Assembly: GCA_010015585.1 (NCBI GenBank)
Contig: ML975154.1
Reading direction: 5' to 3' (one strand)
From: Eremomyces bilateralis CBS 781.70
Taxonomy: Eukaryota
Length of the DNA stretch: 64,000 nt
This document shows, piece by piece, positions 34,611 to 47,506 of the stretch. Each line of letters opens with the position of its first letter. The first letter of the stretch is position 1. A program made the position numbers and the translations under genes. Under the pieces are notes generated by a model that worked only from the letters and a program-made list of their open reading frames with translations, was not told the origin of the DNA and did no database searches.

Positions 34611-35808
34611 AAACGAAAAATGACTACGAAACGAAGTCAGGACCTTTCAAGATGCTCAGTGAATGATCTTCCTAGGTGAGATGGAAGAAAGGAAGAAGGG
34701 AAGGTGATAATTTAAGGGAAGAGGGGGATTGTGTGCCTGAATGAGGGGGCCAAAGTATGCGTCCCTTGGAGGTGAGGTCTTCAAAGGAGAATGTCAAGTC
34801 GAAACCTTCACCAACCACCAGGCAAACACCTTGGAACAGACTCGTATCGTTCACGCCGCTGCCTACGCATATTCACTACTGATTTCAATTTCTTTCACTC
34901 GCTTATGCTATCTATTATCAGCTAACATTGTGATAGACTCCTCATCCATCACTTTAGGGGCTCTGGAGGGGTAAAACGAGGGGCCAATATCAGGGGGTGG
35001 CTTCTCGCTCCATTGTTTGTGCCTTGTCGAGACTTGTCGAGCATCATCGAGTCCCAAACACTCCATCACTGCCTTAAACTGCAAGCCGCAACAATTACGT
35101 AATTGGGAGCTGGAACAATTACGTAAATCCTCAAGGACTCGACCTACTGTTGTGATAATCTCTCGGCCCAGATCGGGCATGGCGTCAGTGTTGCGAAGCT
35201 AATCATGTGACCTCGCCAAATGGAATTCAAGGCAGCGATATGTGCACGATCCTGCTCACCTGAAGATGGAGAGATAGGCAACGGGAGCGGCGGATTAGTG
35301 GTCTACACTATACTATGCGATTCTGAACAGTTGATGTTCCTGTTCACGTTTTGCTGTGCATTTCCTCACTCTTCTTTTTCTTATTCATGTTATTATTCAT
35401 CGGTGCTTTGGGTTGATAGAACTATTGTCGATCAATAACGATGTCGATGTCAACGCCGAAGCCTCATATTACGCGGGGATCTTGCACGGAGACCGCACTC
35501 GCAGAGACCATATGGTACCCTGAGACTTCGAAATACTCCTTGCACAAGGGTCAGTATTAGAGGTGGACAGAAGCAGATAGATGAAACACTGCTAGCGAGT
35601 AGTTTGTCATACCAGTGAACAGAGCCCTTTCCAAGCCACATGGAGGTGGAAATCCCATTCTATTCATGGTCTAGATGTTGAAAATCACGGTACAATATAC
35701 TCTTTACCAATCCAACCAGCTGCATTGCTCTATTTATAGTTTCTAGCGCATGATCTTCTACTATATAAACTCGGTGATGGACTAGAAAACAAGAATGAGA
35801 CCCTTCAA

Positions 35809-37517
35809 TTATGCCTTGAACTCTGCATCAACTGTCTCGTAGTGGTTTAGGAATCCTTCAAAAGCTTTGACTCCGAGCCCAGGGTCTTTGCTACCAGTCG
35901 TTGCGCGAATACTGTGCATTGACAGCTGCGGGATGCCGGCATCGACTGCACGCACGCCCATCGCAGAGGACAGCATGGGTCCAACGGTTCCTCCACTGCG
36001 GCTGTCATTCCGAATTTGGAAGACCTGAAGCACCGAGTCGCACTTCTCGGCACATCGTTGAAGGATCGCCGTGCTTACGGCATCTGTTGTCATATGCCCA
36101 TTCGGGTCGGCTGACACAGCAAGGCCAACATTCAGCCTCGGTGCATGGTGGGGGAGATAGGCATTCAGGAAGTTCGGGTTCACGGCGTGGATGACATCGG
36201 ATGAGACCAGGAAGGAGTTTGCGAATGTGCGGGAGACCAATGATGGCGTCGAGGGCGATGCGAACGAGTCGACGATGCGTGAGATGGTGGAGGGGAGAAA
36301 GTTCGAGCGAGCACCTTGGCGGAGCATCGAGCCAATTTCTTCGTCGTCAAAGAGCGCGACCAATTTGATCAGTGAAGAGGACGAGCTGGAAGAGGATGAG
36401 CTGTTGTTAATGAGAGCCTGGATGGCGGCCCAGGAGCACAGTTTGTCATCGATCCGGCCAGCGAAGATGAAGTCTTTGTTCAAGCCACCAAGAGCGGCGG
36501 GCTGTATGTCAAAAAGCTCAAGCTCCCAGTTGACTATGCTGCCATCTGCGGGGTGTTAACGTGAGGAAATCGTAATTCTATGGACGGACATACAATCGGA
36601 GATCCCCATCTCTCCAGCAATGGCTTTGACCAGAGCATGCGGTTGTGTCGAGATGAATGACCCTTCACCTCCGAGTGCGGTAGGTTTGGAGTCATTATCG
36701 TCCGTCGAGTATGGCTCGGTGGAATTGTCCAGAGCGATGATTGGCGCCATCTGCGTCTCTTGATTGAAGGGTCCATTGGCTGCAGCTCCAAAATGAGGAG
36801 CCAATGTCGGTATCCTCGCGACTACTAAGGTCAGTGCAAGAAGACAGCGGTTGAAAGGGGTGATTGCATACTGGGATAATCCAGCTTTACCAGCTTAGAC
36901 ACGATTTTGCCGCTCGCCTCTTTCACAAGGACTCGTCCACCGATACCCAGATCGCGATCCCACCACGTGGAATTCATGGCGCCTGCATACGGTGCGACCT
37001 GGAGGATCTCAGTCAAAAGGCGTTTTAGGCTCATTTCTAGAATCACTTACACCTAGCTGGGTATATCCAGCCTTTGATGAGAGGTTCGATACCGGCTTCA
37101 CTGGACGTTAAGTAGATAATCAGCAACAACCCTCTCAAATGAGCAACTCGACATACGTTTTATACACAACGCATCAACGTGGGCAGCCAGCATCGCCACT
37201 CCATTTCCAGGCTCATAACCTTCCCCAACCTCGAAAGCGATCAGACTGCTTCCATTGCGCTCCAAGTAGTATTTCCCTCCGCGATGCAGCTTCCACTCGT
37301 CTCGCTCCGACAGCTTCGTGTACTCATTCTTCTCAAGCTGCTTCGCGGTTGCATCCACGTAATGAAAGATCGTCGGATTCTCGGTCAAAAAGTCACAGAA
37401 GGGCTTCGCATATGATTCGACGCTGCGAAGGGAGGGATTCGAGCTTCTGGTGGTCTCAGTCCTCGGCATAGTCGGGATGGGTTGTTTACTGTGGTCGGTG
37501 GGGATGATTCTCGTCAT
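35809..37517 (-). CDS. Peptidase M18 aspartyl aminopeptidase (vacuolar Lap4/Ape1-like), multi-exon; start 37517 or 37469
   Basis: YAKPFCDFLTENPTIFH, RNGSSLIAF, AAHVDAL, VAPYAG...TWWDRDLGIGGRV, IPTLAPHFG, GRIDDKLCS, FDDEEIGS, SDVIHAVNPN, SRSGGTVGP, QLSMHSIRAT. Confidence 0.93.
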
Positions 37518-38128
37518 ATTGTCGACAAATTCGATGGGAGGATGTGCGGAGGAAGACGAGAGATGGTGGATTTGGATTGCGGAGATAGAACAAGCTCGCT
37601 TATGACCAATTTATTGCTAAAGTATAGAGAGGAGCCTCATCACAGCCTCCTTCGGAGTCACGGTGAGGTGCTTCGTGATCATCACCACAGCTTGCGCCAT
37701 GACCATCCACTATCCCATGAACGTCATAGTGCCGATAGCTGTGTTTCTAGACCTCCCGTAAGGAGCAGCCAAGCAGGTCCACCAACCTCTCCAGTTTCCA
37801 ACGAGTGATGAGCAGGTAATCATTTCGATACTTTACATATATCGTAACAATTCCAAATTTGGTAGGTACTTACTGAGAAGACGTATCGTCTAGTTATATA
37901 TTATACGTGTTTGGAGTACCTTGATATTCCCAGGCAGATAACTCGGCGACTCTTGGAGAATATATCGATAAAGGACCACCTACCATCCTCTAATGCCACC
38001 GATAAATAGGCAACCTTCCCAATCCAATCCTATAGTGCCTTTAATCCCGTCGTCCCCTCTTATGTGAGTTTTCCGCTTGTCCATTGCCCTTCATGTTAGA
38101 ACTATAACCGTTTTTGTTTCCTGTAACA

Positions 38129-40843
38129 TCAAAGCAAACCAACCGCCAGCCAACTGAGTATAACCAGAAATCGCCACCAATTTCCAATCGGTCTGCTCTG
38201 TCCCGCTGTGCTCGGTAAAGATGTTACTCCTAGCCCACTAATAGTTACTGTGTCAATTCCACCCGACCTTCCACTGTTGGCTCCAGTCCCAGCGATACTT
38301 GATAACCGAATTCCGCTCGCAACATATTCCCCAATGTCCGTGGTGCCAGTGATGCCAACCGCGTTTACGGTTCCGATCCCACTGACAACCAGACCGCCGG
38401 GACCCAAACTAATCGTGTTTCCATCAACCACCGCCCCTGGACCACCCATTGTCAGCGTCTGCCCACTAATGACAGCGATCCCGGCTACGCCAAAGTCGGC
38501 TTGCGTAGCTGTATAAACTCGGCCATCTGCGGCCGTAAAGATGAATCCAAAGGCCATGCCGCCAGCAGCGGCGGCGGCGCTGAGGAGAGATGCAATATTG
38601 TCTGCAGCGGCGGCCTGGCCTTCGCCACCGGGGCGGGATGGGACGGACCCAGTGCCCCCAGGGTGGAAAATAATCGTGGTTGGGGCAGCCACACCGCCAC
38701 CTCCCTGTTGACTTTCATTGTTATCCGAGGGAGAGATGATAACAACGCCAGAATCTCCGCTAATGCCGGCGCTGATGATAAGACTATCGCCTGAGCCAGA
38801 ACCAGAAAGGAATGTAACGGGAGCACCACCTGGTAAGATGGTAGATCCGCCGACAATGATACCCGGGCCGGAGGGGTTCGGTACGATGGTCTGGCCATTT
38901 GGGAGGAGAGTTATGGGTTCCGGATCCGATGAGTCTGCAGGTGATCCTCCGCCCGGAGAACCACTGGAAGCGCCGTTTCCTCCAGGAGAATTGGAGTCGG
39001 AACCGGTGTTGCCGCCCAAAAGACCACCGATGATCCCGCCAACACTTTCGCCGTCATTGTGAGCATTACCTCCACTGACTCCACCTTGTGGTGCCGTTGT
39101 CGGCTGCGGCAAGCTGTCACCTGGTTGTTGGCCAGGGTGTGCGGTTCCTCCATCGCCGGTTCCTCCTCCTAGATTGCTTCCTCCGCCATTCCCATCATTC
39201 CCTCGTCCCCCTTCATTATTTCCATTCCCTCCATCTCCTTCTCCGCCTCTCCCACCATCAAGGACTGTGGCAGTGGCCAATGCGAGTGGTGGATCATAAA
39301 GCCCATCGAAATCGAGCGCGCAATCCGCCCAATTCGGGTCCAATTGTCGCACCGCAGACGGGACTGCTAAGACGGGTTTATGATCATCGTAGTATAAAGT
39401 CTGGCACTGCTGGATAAAGCACTGCGTGAGTCCGTTGTACGCGCTCCAAGGCACTGGACTGTTCATATCCGCGAAGTTGAATCGGTAAGCGGTTCCATAA
39501 TTAGGAAACCGCATCGAAGAGACCGAGGCGGACGGAATGGCGAGGAGATGTGAGCTGTAAATTCCCCCAATCTGACTAGAGGATCCATCGCAGTATTGTC
39601 CGGCAAGCAGGTATTGGAAGGATATATAAGCGCTATTAACGAAAAAGGTAGTGCCATTCATGACCACGCCACTTTGGCCGCCAGCAGACCCACCAGTGCG
39701 AGTTGCATCGACAACAGGGGCAGTTCCATCAGTTCCATCAACGAAAGACTCAGTGGCCACTGGGATGTCTGGGGCAGGTGTTATCACAGCAGGGTCGTCA
39801 ATTGGGTTGGGAGCACACATATCGCGAGCGATAGTTGTGGGAACGGGGAAGTAGATCAACTGAACGCTTCCACCGCCGATAGTGCACTTGCCGCATTCAG
39901 TCGTGCGGATCTGGCATTGCGGATGGTTAACGGTCGAGACGCCATTGCTACTAAGCGCCACCTGCATAGCAATGCTCCAGCTGCTGACGAGGCTTGAGCA
40001 GTCTTTCGGTTGGATGCTACAAGTCGGGGAAGGCTCAAGGAAGGATTCTGTCCAGTCGCGGAACGGGCCTGTCCAGATCAGCGAGTCCCACGACCGCGTG
40101 GTGATGGCGAGAGTGTGCGTGGGAGAGTCGAGAGCATAGGTAATAGTGGCGGTACCACAGTTCGTGGTGCTCACGGGAGCGACTCGTAGAGTGGCGGCGT
40201 GGATATCAGTCGTCACAGTCGTGGATGGGATTCCCATGTAAAATTGGATTCGGGCGTTAAACCAGGACTGCTGTGCGGAATTGCATGACGAAGCATAGCT
40301 CCAGCCTAGAAAGAATCATCAGGGCATGAATTCATCTGGGTTTAGTTCGAGATTCGGCGGAATAGGGGGATATATCTGGTTCGACACTGGCCATCTTATA
40401 AACACACTATGACGGACTAATATAAAGTCCCACTTACCAGTCCCCGTTGCAAGTACGTCTTGTCCGGTTCCATTACTTGGAAATAGCCGGGTTGAGCTAT
40501 TGGTAGCGCTTGAAATAGCAAAGTAGCCAGACGACCAAAAGCGTGAGATGTTTGGATACGGAGTGATCGCAGGGAGAAAGATCGGTGGCATTCTGACGGT
40601 AGAGGCTATCGAGTTACCCGCGGATGAAGAGGAGGAAGATGCTGAAGACGCTATTGAGGTCGAAACTTTTACGAAGGCGACGTTAGTTCTGGATCCCGCC
40701 TTACTGCTGGAGATCGTGAGGAGGTTCTTCCACGCACCATCCAGGTTGCCACCTTCCAGATTCTCTATCGCTGTTTTTGCGACGCCGGCCACACTCCCGG
40801 CCATGAGGAGCGATAAAATCACCCACCACAGCAGCAACAACAT
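38129..40843 (-). CDS. Putative secreted/GPI-anchored cell-surface protein with Cys-rich domain and Gly/Ser/Thr-rich tail; intron 40437-40306
   Basis: Signal peptide MLLLLWWVILSLLMAGSVAG; CTIGGGSVQLIYFP, FNFADMNSPVPWSAY, LDPNWADC...GLYDPPLAL; hydrophobic C-terminus WWRFLVILSWLAVGLL. Confidence 0.78.
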
Positions 40844-42388
40844 GGCTGAGTGAAGCAAAGAATGCCCATTTATGGTGATTGAGGAAGAAAGAGAAGAGAG
40901 TGGAACTCAGAAGCATGATTCCTCAGCTCGCGTTCGGCAAGGCATCGTAGTGCTCAAAAACGATATTCATTCAGGTTCTGAACCAGTATCACACACACTG
41001 GTGATCTCCCCCAGCCCGAGACGGGGCTAAGAGACCGAGTCTGAGCAAATTAGGTCATGTTCATGTTGGCCACCAGAAGAGGCGAATATCAGGAGGTCTA
41101 GAACATTGAAAACCCAACCAGGCGACACAGGCCTTGGAATGGGCTTCAAGAAAGACATGAAAAGTCCGAAAAGAAGGGACAGCCTAGGGTCTGCAGAATA
41201 CTTCCGGAGCAAAATGGCCTATCAAACCAATTCTCCCCTGATGGTAGAAGCGAAGTTATTACACAACGCAGTGCCATCGGAGCTTGATGCGATGTTGTTG
41301 GTTTGCTCAGTGCTAAGGAGCGTTGTTTGACGTGATACTGCAGGGGATGATTACTCCGGCAAGCCGACGAGTCCATCCGAGACGCGACAGAGTACGACAA
41401 GGACAATCTCCACCAGATTCTTCGAGTGTCCTATTATCTGTCAATCATGTATGCAGCTAATCCGTCCAAACGACGACGCAGAGTCCGGGGTAGAAACTAG
41501 CCGTGCCCGGGCATCTCCTTACCTTAGACCAAAGGCACGGAGACTTGCTATTGGGTATTAAGTACGCAGATTGGTGAGATAAGGAAATCGGAAAGATAGA
41601 GACTCGAATTACATTCGGCACAACCAGATTCGATCGAGACTTCCCGCATCTTGAGCGGCACCAAAATGAGAGCAGACAAAAGAATCAAGAAACTCGGCAG
41701 ATTCAGGGTCTTCGGAGTTCTGGCCTCGATCATCCCTTCGCTCCTACAAGACAGGACGACAATGCAGCCCTGTCGTGGTGCAGATGTCCTGCAGGTCTAA
41801 GGTCTTCCCCCGCATAGTATCACCACCAGTCAACCACGCTAGAATTTCGACCAGGCCAACTTAGAACCGTGTAATACCATTCGGAATGATAATGAAGATC
41901 TATCGAAATATGGATTGGACTCGGGCTCGTTCACATCGAAACTTATGAAAGTCCATTGATTAATTAAAGGATTGGCGATTCGTGTTTCATGAGAATTGAG
42001 ATGGATGGATTTTCCACGGATGGTGGCGTTGGCGGAACCGCAATATCATCCGAAGAGTTGCGGTTTCCATGGCGACGGCCCAATCCGGAAATACCACGCA
42101 CATCCCATACCTTTCATGCATCCACCATGCCGTCCCCTTTCTTCGTCACCGTTGGCAAAGGTATCATTTCCTTTCAATTCATCAAGAGACTCTAATCGCA
42201 ATTCAGCGGCTATCTCTGCACCGCGGTCACTTATTCTTACCTAAACCAATCTTTTCCTGCATGCCCCAAACTTCATCGCTGGCATAGCTCGACATTCCGA
42301 CCGATTTGTTTATGGCCCTTGCGTCACCATATTTCTATCTGGGGTGCCTGAACCCGAGCAGCGCTGCGGCGCAGAGATAATCCTAAGC

Positions 42389-45367
42389 ATGGCGAGCGGA
42401 TACCAGATGTTGGAGGAGCTGGGGAGCGGGAGCTTTGGTGTTGTGTACAAGGCAATTGAGAGAGCCACGGGGGATATGGTCGCGATAAAACATGTACGAC
42501 ATGTCCATGCTATGTGGAAGTATGTGAGACATGGACTGACTTTAATTCTATTAGATCGACCTCGAAGGCAGCGACGATGATATTCGCGAAATACAACAGG
42601 AGATATCGTTGCTGAGCACATGTCACAGCCAGTATGTCACTCAGTACAAGACCAGCTTCGTCCGCGGCGTCAAGCTATGGATCGTGATGGAATATCTAGG
42701 TGGAGGGTCTTGTCTAGACTTGGTACGTTCTATCAAGCCATTCTCAATCTGCATCGAGATCAATTACTGATGCCAATTCCCACGCAGCTCAAACCCGGAC
42801 CCTTTAACGAAGCATACATTGCCATCGTCTGCCGCGAACTTCTCTCTGGCCTCGACTATCTCCACCAAAGCGGCAAGATCCACCGCGACATCAAAGCGGC
42901 GAATATCCTGTTATCCGATTCCGGGAAAGTCAAGATTGCGGACTTTGGCGTCGCCGCCCAGTTGACCAACATCAAGTCGCAGCGGATGACGTTTGTCGGC
43001 ACGCCATTCTGGATGGCACCGGAGGTCATCCAAGAGGAGGGGTACGACATCAAGGCTGATATCTGGAGTCTAGGGATTACGGCGCTAGAGCTTGCCAATG
43101 GACAGCCGCCACATGCTGACACACATCCCATGAAGGTGCTGTTCTTGATTCCGAAGGCGGCACCTCCGAAACTGGAAGGCAACAAATGGAGTAGGGAGTT
43201 CAAAGACTTCATCAGTCAGTGTCTGGTCAAGGATCCGGATCGTCGACCTACGGCGAAGGAGCTCCTCCAGCATAAGTTCGTGCGCAGAGCCGGCAAAGTC
43301 GAAGGTCTCCGCGAATTGATTGAGCGGAACCAGGAATGGCAGGCCAAAGAGGAACGGCTCTCTCACGTCAAGTATTATGAAGAGACCATGTGAGTTCCTT
43401 CAAAACTTGATACCCTTAGCTTGTGCTAATATCAAACCAGGCGCGACTTATCACCTCGACTTGCTCAGGAAGAATGGGTCTTCGACACCGTCAAACCTGC
43501 AGCTGCGTCAAATGCACTTACGAACACCAAGCGCCGGCGAGTATCTCGTCCCGTGTCTCGCGACCAACACCCGGATTCTTCTCCCAACGCAACGGCGACG
43601 CCTGCTCGCATTCGCAAGGCAAGTGCAGGCATCACACCAGCTTATCGAAAAGTCTCTGGCACACGCGTGCCGTCTGGGCAGACGCCAACGACGCGAAGAG
43701 TGAGCAATCAGGCAAATACGAAGCTACCCTTAGGCATTGACCTTAGCTTTGGGAACTCACCGTCGACCGTGCGGCAGTTCCGGAGGGTCTCGAGTGGCCA
43801 AAAGCACGCCGACCGAAACCCAGAGTCAAAGGGGGCTGATGTGGACGGCTTCTCCTTAGATCACTTAAGAATTGAACAAGGGATGCCACCGCTAGACGAG
43901 AATATTCCTCCAAGGCGAGGCGAAGCCGGCGAAAAGAAACCGAGTGTGAAGCCTGTTAAGGAGATGTACGAGGATCCATACTCCGGTACGAACCCGTACC
44001 CCGAAGACGCCCCGTACCCTGAAATACCCTCATTTGAGCCACCGATGAATACATCACGGCGTTCATCAGTTGCGTCTGTTGTTTCGGTGCCTCAAGTACA
44101 AGCTCAAAAAACTCCCGCCCTGGAGGATTTCCAATTTCCTCAGCAACATGTTCAACTGTGGGCCGAGCACCTGCGTCCTCTTCTTCAGCGACTCTACGCT
44201 AGCTCTCCCTCACAAAGCACACGAGATGCGATCGCGACCTTTGCGGCTGGGTTCGAATTGCTGGAGCGGGAGGATCCTAGCATGCTGAGAGACTTGGTGC
44301 AAGTGGTTAGCCATGTTTCTATTGAGCAGTTGGGTAGTCCCCAATCAGCACCGCAGTCCCGATCTTCCTCCACCCAAAGCCAACGAACGACAGACCACCC
44401 GCCACGATCGCCAAGTAAACGGGCTCAGTCACAAGCCCAGAATCAGCAGCAACAGCCGTCTCCGCAACGTCGTCCGAAAAAGCATCTCTCCCGCGTTGAC
44501 TCCAAACTCGAACCTTCATCCCGCCAACATGGCCCACTCGGATCTCCAGCAGGAGGTGTCACTCCCGCTCGTCTTCACGGCCCTCCTACTTCTCCTAGTA
44601 AAGCAGCACCCTCCTCTCCGACCAAAACTCGAGTCGAATCCCCTACAAAGTCTCGAGCTGACGCAAAAGCAACTCCCGCTCCATCAAGGCAATCGAGTAA
44701 TGCGAAAGCCAAGGCTCAACCGCGCCTACTCCCCAACCGCCCTTCTCCCGCCCATGGTCACCGCCAGCGCCACAGTATCCAAGTCGTCGACCCCTCCGTC
44801 CTCCCTCATGGCGGCATGCCCCCACCCCCTGTACCCGGTACCCCCCGACGAGGCGGCCGCGAGAACAACGGAAATGTGACGCCTAGCCCCAGCCCTCGTA
44901 AACGCACCGCCAACCCGAAAGATGTTGAGGACGTCGTCATGGGTGGGATGAGTCCCGTCACACCCTCATCACGCAGGCGGCAAGCACATGGCGCGCACAA
45001 CGATCTGCAGAGCGCTACGGGCTCCCCGGGCCATCGTCGAAGCGGCACACCCACGCCTTCGCGGTCGCCGAGTAAGGCACCGGCGAGGGCGGCGGCGGCG
45101 GCGGCGCATGCGAGGCGAGAGAGCGGATTGCGGCTGGCATCGGAGAATCCTTATCTACAGGCCCATCATGACCGGAGACGGAGCGAAGTGATTGGGGGTG
45201 AGGTGGATTGGGAGTGGGAGGCGATCCGGCCGGATAGGAAGCCAGGGTGGGTGCCCGAGATGGAGACGGGAGGAGAGGTTAAGGGGATGAGTGAGGTGGG
45301 GATGTTGCAGGACGTCCTGTATACCCGGTGGTTGGATGCGTTGAAGGAGCGCTGGGGGAAGGTTTGA
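42389..45367 (+). CDS. sid1: STE20/GCK-family Ser/Thr kinase, septation initiation network Sid1/SepL-like; introns 42494-42554, 42723-42787, 43390-43440
   Basis: [70 protein letters not shown]-terminal [15 protein letters not shown]. Confidence 0.85.
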
Positions 45368-45823
45368 GTATTGGATGAGATGTGGTGTTTTGCTTATTTT
45401 CTCAGCCATCGAAGGTTGAGGCCTGGGACAATGCCCTGGATCGCTGTCCTGTGTCATTTCAATGGCGTTCGTTTTGAAGTTTATATTCCTCTTTTTTTGC
45501 TTTCTCTCCAGCGGAACCCATATTTGCATTTCAAGCCGGCGTATATGTATAGGCATTGTCATTTCTGCTTCCGTTTCGAACCTCTCGTTTCACCACCCCG
45601 TTCGTTTGGTGGGTCTTCGATTCATGGACATAATATAGACTCCGATCAGTCTGGGTTGATTTGCACTGTTTGTTACATAGAAAGTATCATGAAAGGAGTA
45701 GCTAAGAATGGAAGTTGTGATGTACCAACTCACCCGACCTTGAAGTTTCAGTAACCGACCCCTTACCCTCTGAGGACCATCCCTCACACATCATGCTCCC
45801 AGAGCAATATTCCCCATCGCAAT

Positions 45824-46354
45824 TTACCCACGGAGGACCTTGTATCGGCACATCAGGATCCCACTTCTCTCCATCCGTCTGACATCCACCAGCTCCAACC
45901 GTACAACATGCGCACCCATCGCTACCATCTTCACCCCATCCCTCAACATAACAGGCATGACGGCCGTCTCCATCGAATCCACCACACCAGCATCGAAGCA
46001 TGGCCCAGCTAACTCGCCGCCGCCAAACAGCCAGATATCCTTCCCTAGCCTCTCTTTCAACCCCTTGACATACCCAATAAAATCATCCCTCACGATTGTG
46101 ACATTTGTATGGTTTTCGCTCTGCAACTGTCTACTAACGACCACGAGGTTTTCCTTAGGAACCTTTTTCAAGGGATTCGGTTCCATTGAGAGCATCGATT
46201 CGTAGGTTTTGCGTCCGAGAATGAACGTGTCGAATTTCGCATACAACGACGTGAAATCAATATCCGGATCATCGACGATCCAAGTAGCAGAGCCGTCGTT
46301 AGGCGCGATGAAGCCGTCGAGCGAAATGGCCACGTTATACCGGAGCTGCCGCAT
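45824..46354 (-). CDS. RibD C-terminal / dihydrofolate reductase-like protein
   Basis: LRYNVAISLDGFIA, ILGRKTYE, VVVSR, KDIWLFGGGELA, AVMPVMLRDGV; intronless, 176 aa. Confidence 0.88.
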   Translation of the reverse strand: MRQLRYNVAISLDGFIAPNDGSATWIVDDPDIDFTSLYAKFDTFILGRKTYESMLSMEPNPLKKVPKENLVVVSRQLQSENHTNVTIVRDDFIGYVKGLKERLGKDIWLFGGGELAGPCFDAGVVDSMETAVMPVMLRDGVKMVAMGAHVVRLELVDVRRMERSGILMCRYKVLRG

Positions 46355-47506
46355 ATTTGATTTTTGGAAGCCAAATGTCTGTGTAACTCAGTCGTAGTCC
46401 CCCGCCTGGTGAGAGGATGCAGGCAAAGAACAAGCTACCGGTTGGCAAGGTCGGGGCCTTCTCTCCACGTTCACCTTCAGCGATCCGATATAAGCAGGGT
46501 CATACCACGTGATGGGGGGTCGTCACTGGTTTCATTACGAGGATAGACGCGTATCCGATATCTCCGAACAGAAGATAAATCATCCCTGGTCCTTCCATGC
46601 TACATGCTGCATGCTCCCCCTATGGATAATGAGTGGCTTGGAGACGCCGTGGGGGTTGTAAGGAACTCCGACTCTACCCTCATCACTCTCATGGGCGACG
46701 CGCCGGAACATTACCCGTGCAAAAGCCAACGCCTTCCTTAGAAACGCCAATTGATGGGTCATGGGATCGCCCGCTAACTGGGACGCCTCCACTCCTCCAG
46801 CAAAAGTACAGGGAAGAAACATGTAATAGCAGAGGAGCAACCTTCATCCATACATAGTAGATTCGGAAAGTCCTCGCGCTTCCTCATGGTGTCACAGTAA
46901 TCCGACGTCGCCTTAGGAGAAAAGCAAATCACCCTGTCTCAACCTCACTCAAGCACCTTAGCAAGAATCGGCTTAGAAAGGTGTTAATATCAATTCTTCC
47001 GCTTACTTTAACGCTAGATTTTGAAGGTTTGAGGGTTCGCGTGGTCCATTAAAGCTGGACCCTATAGATCTCCTCCCGAGCCACGCTAAAGTGACCTCGC
47101 ATCTCTTCCCTACTCTTCATCAAGATAGGGTTGGCGCTATCCCAAGCACACAATTGCACAGTCATGTCTCGTCATCCCAATTGCACATTTACAGCTGGAC
47201 GTCTGTCCCAATGTATGGCTGGTTTTCTGCCCGCGCGTCCGACTAGGGAACAGTATTTCCAGATTCTAGAACCATTGACGTAGGGACGTAGTTGACTCAT
47301 GGGCCCAGGATGTCTTTGGGTCCAGGTCCATTTCATGCAGAGCTATGGATACTGTCTCGATCTGCGGGGTTCCAAGAAGCCTTGCTTTACCTAATGGCTA
47401 ACATGCTTTCAATAATTAAGCAGCAAAATTCTTACTTTCCGTGTTTTCGTTCGTTGTCTCACAGTTCTAATTCAAGTCTCTCCTTCAAGCTCAATTGGCC
47501 TCCGTT

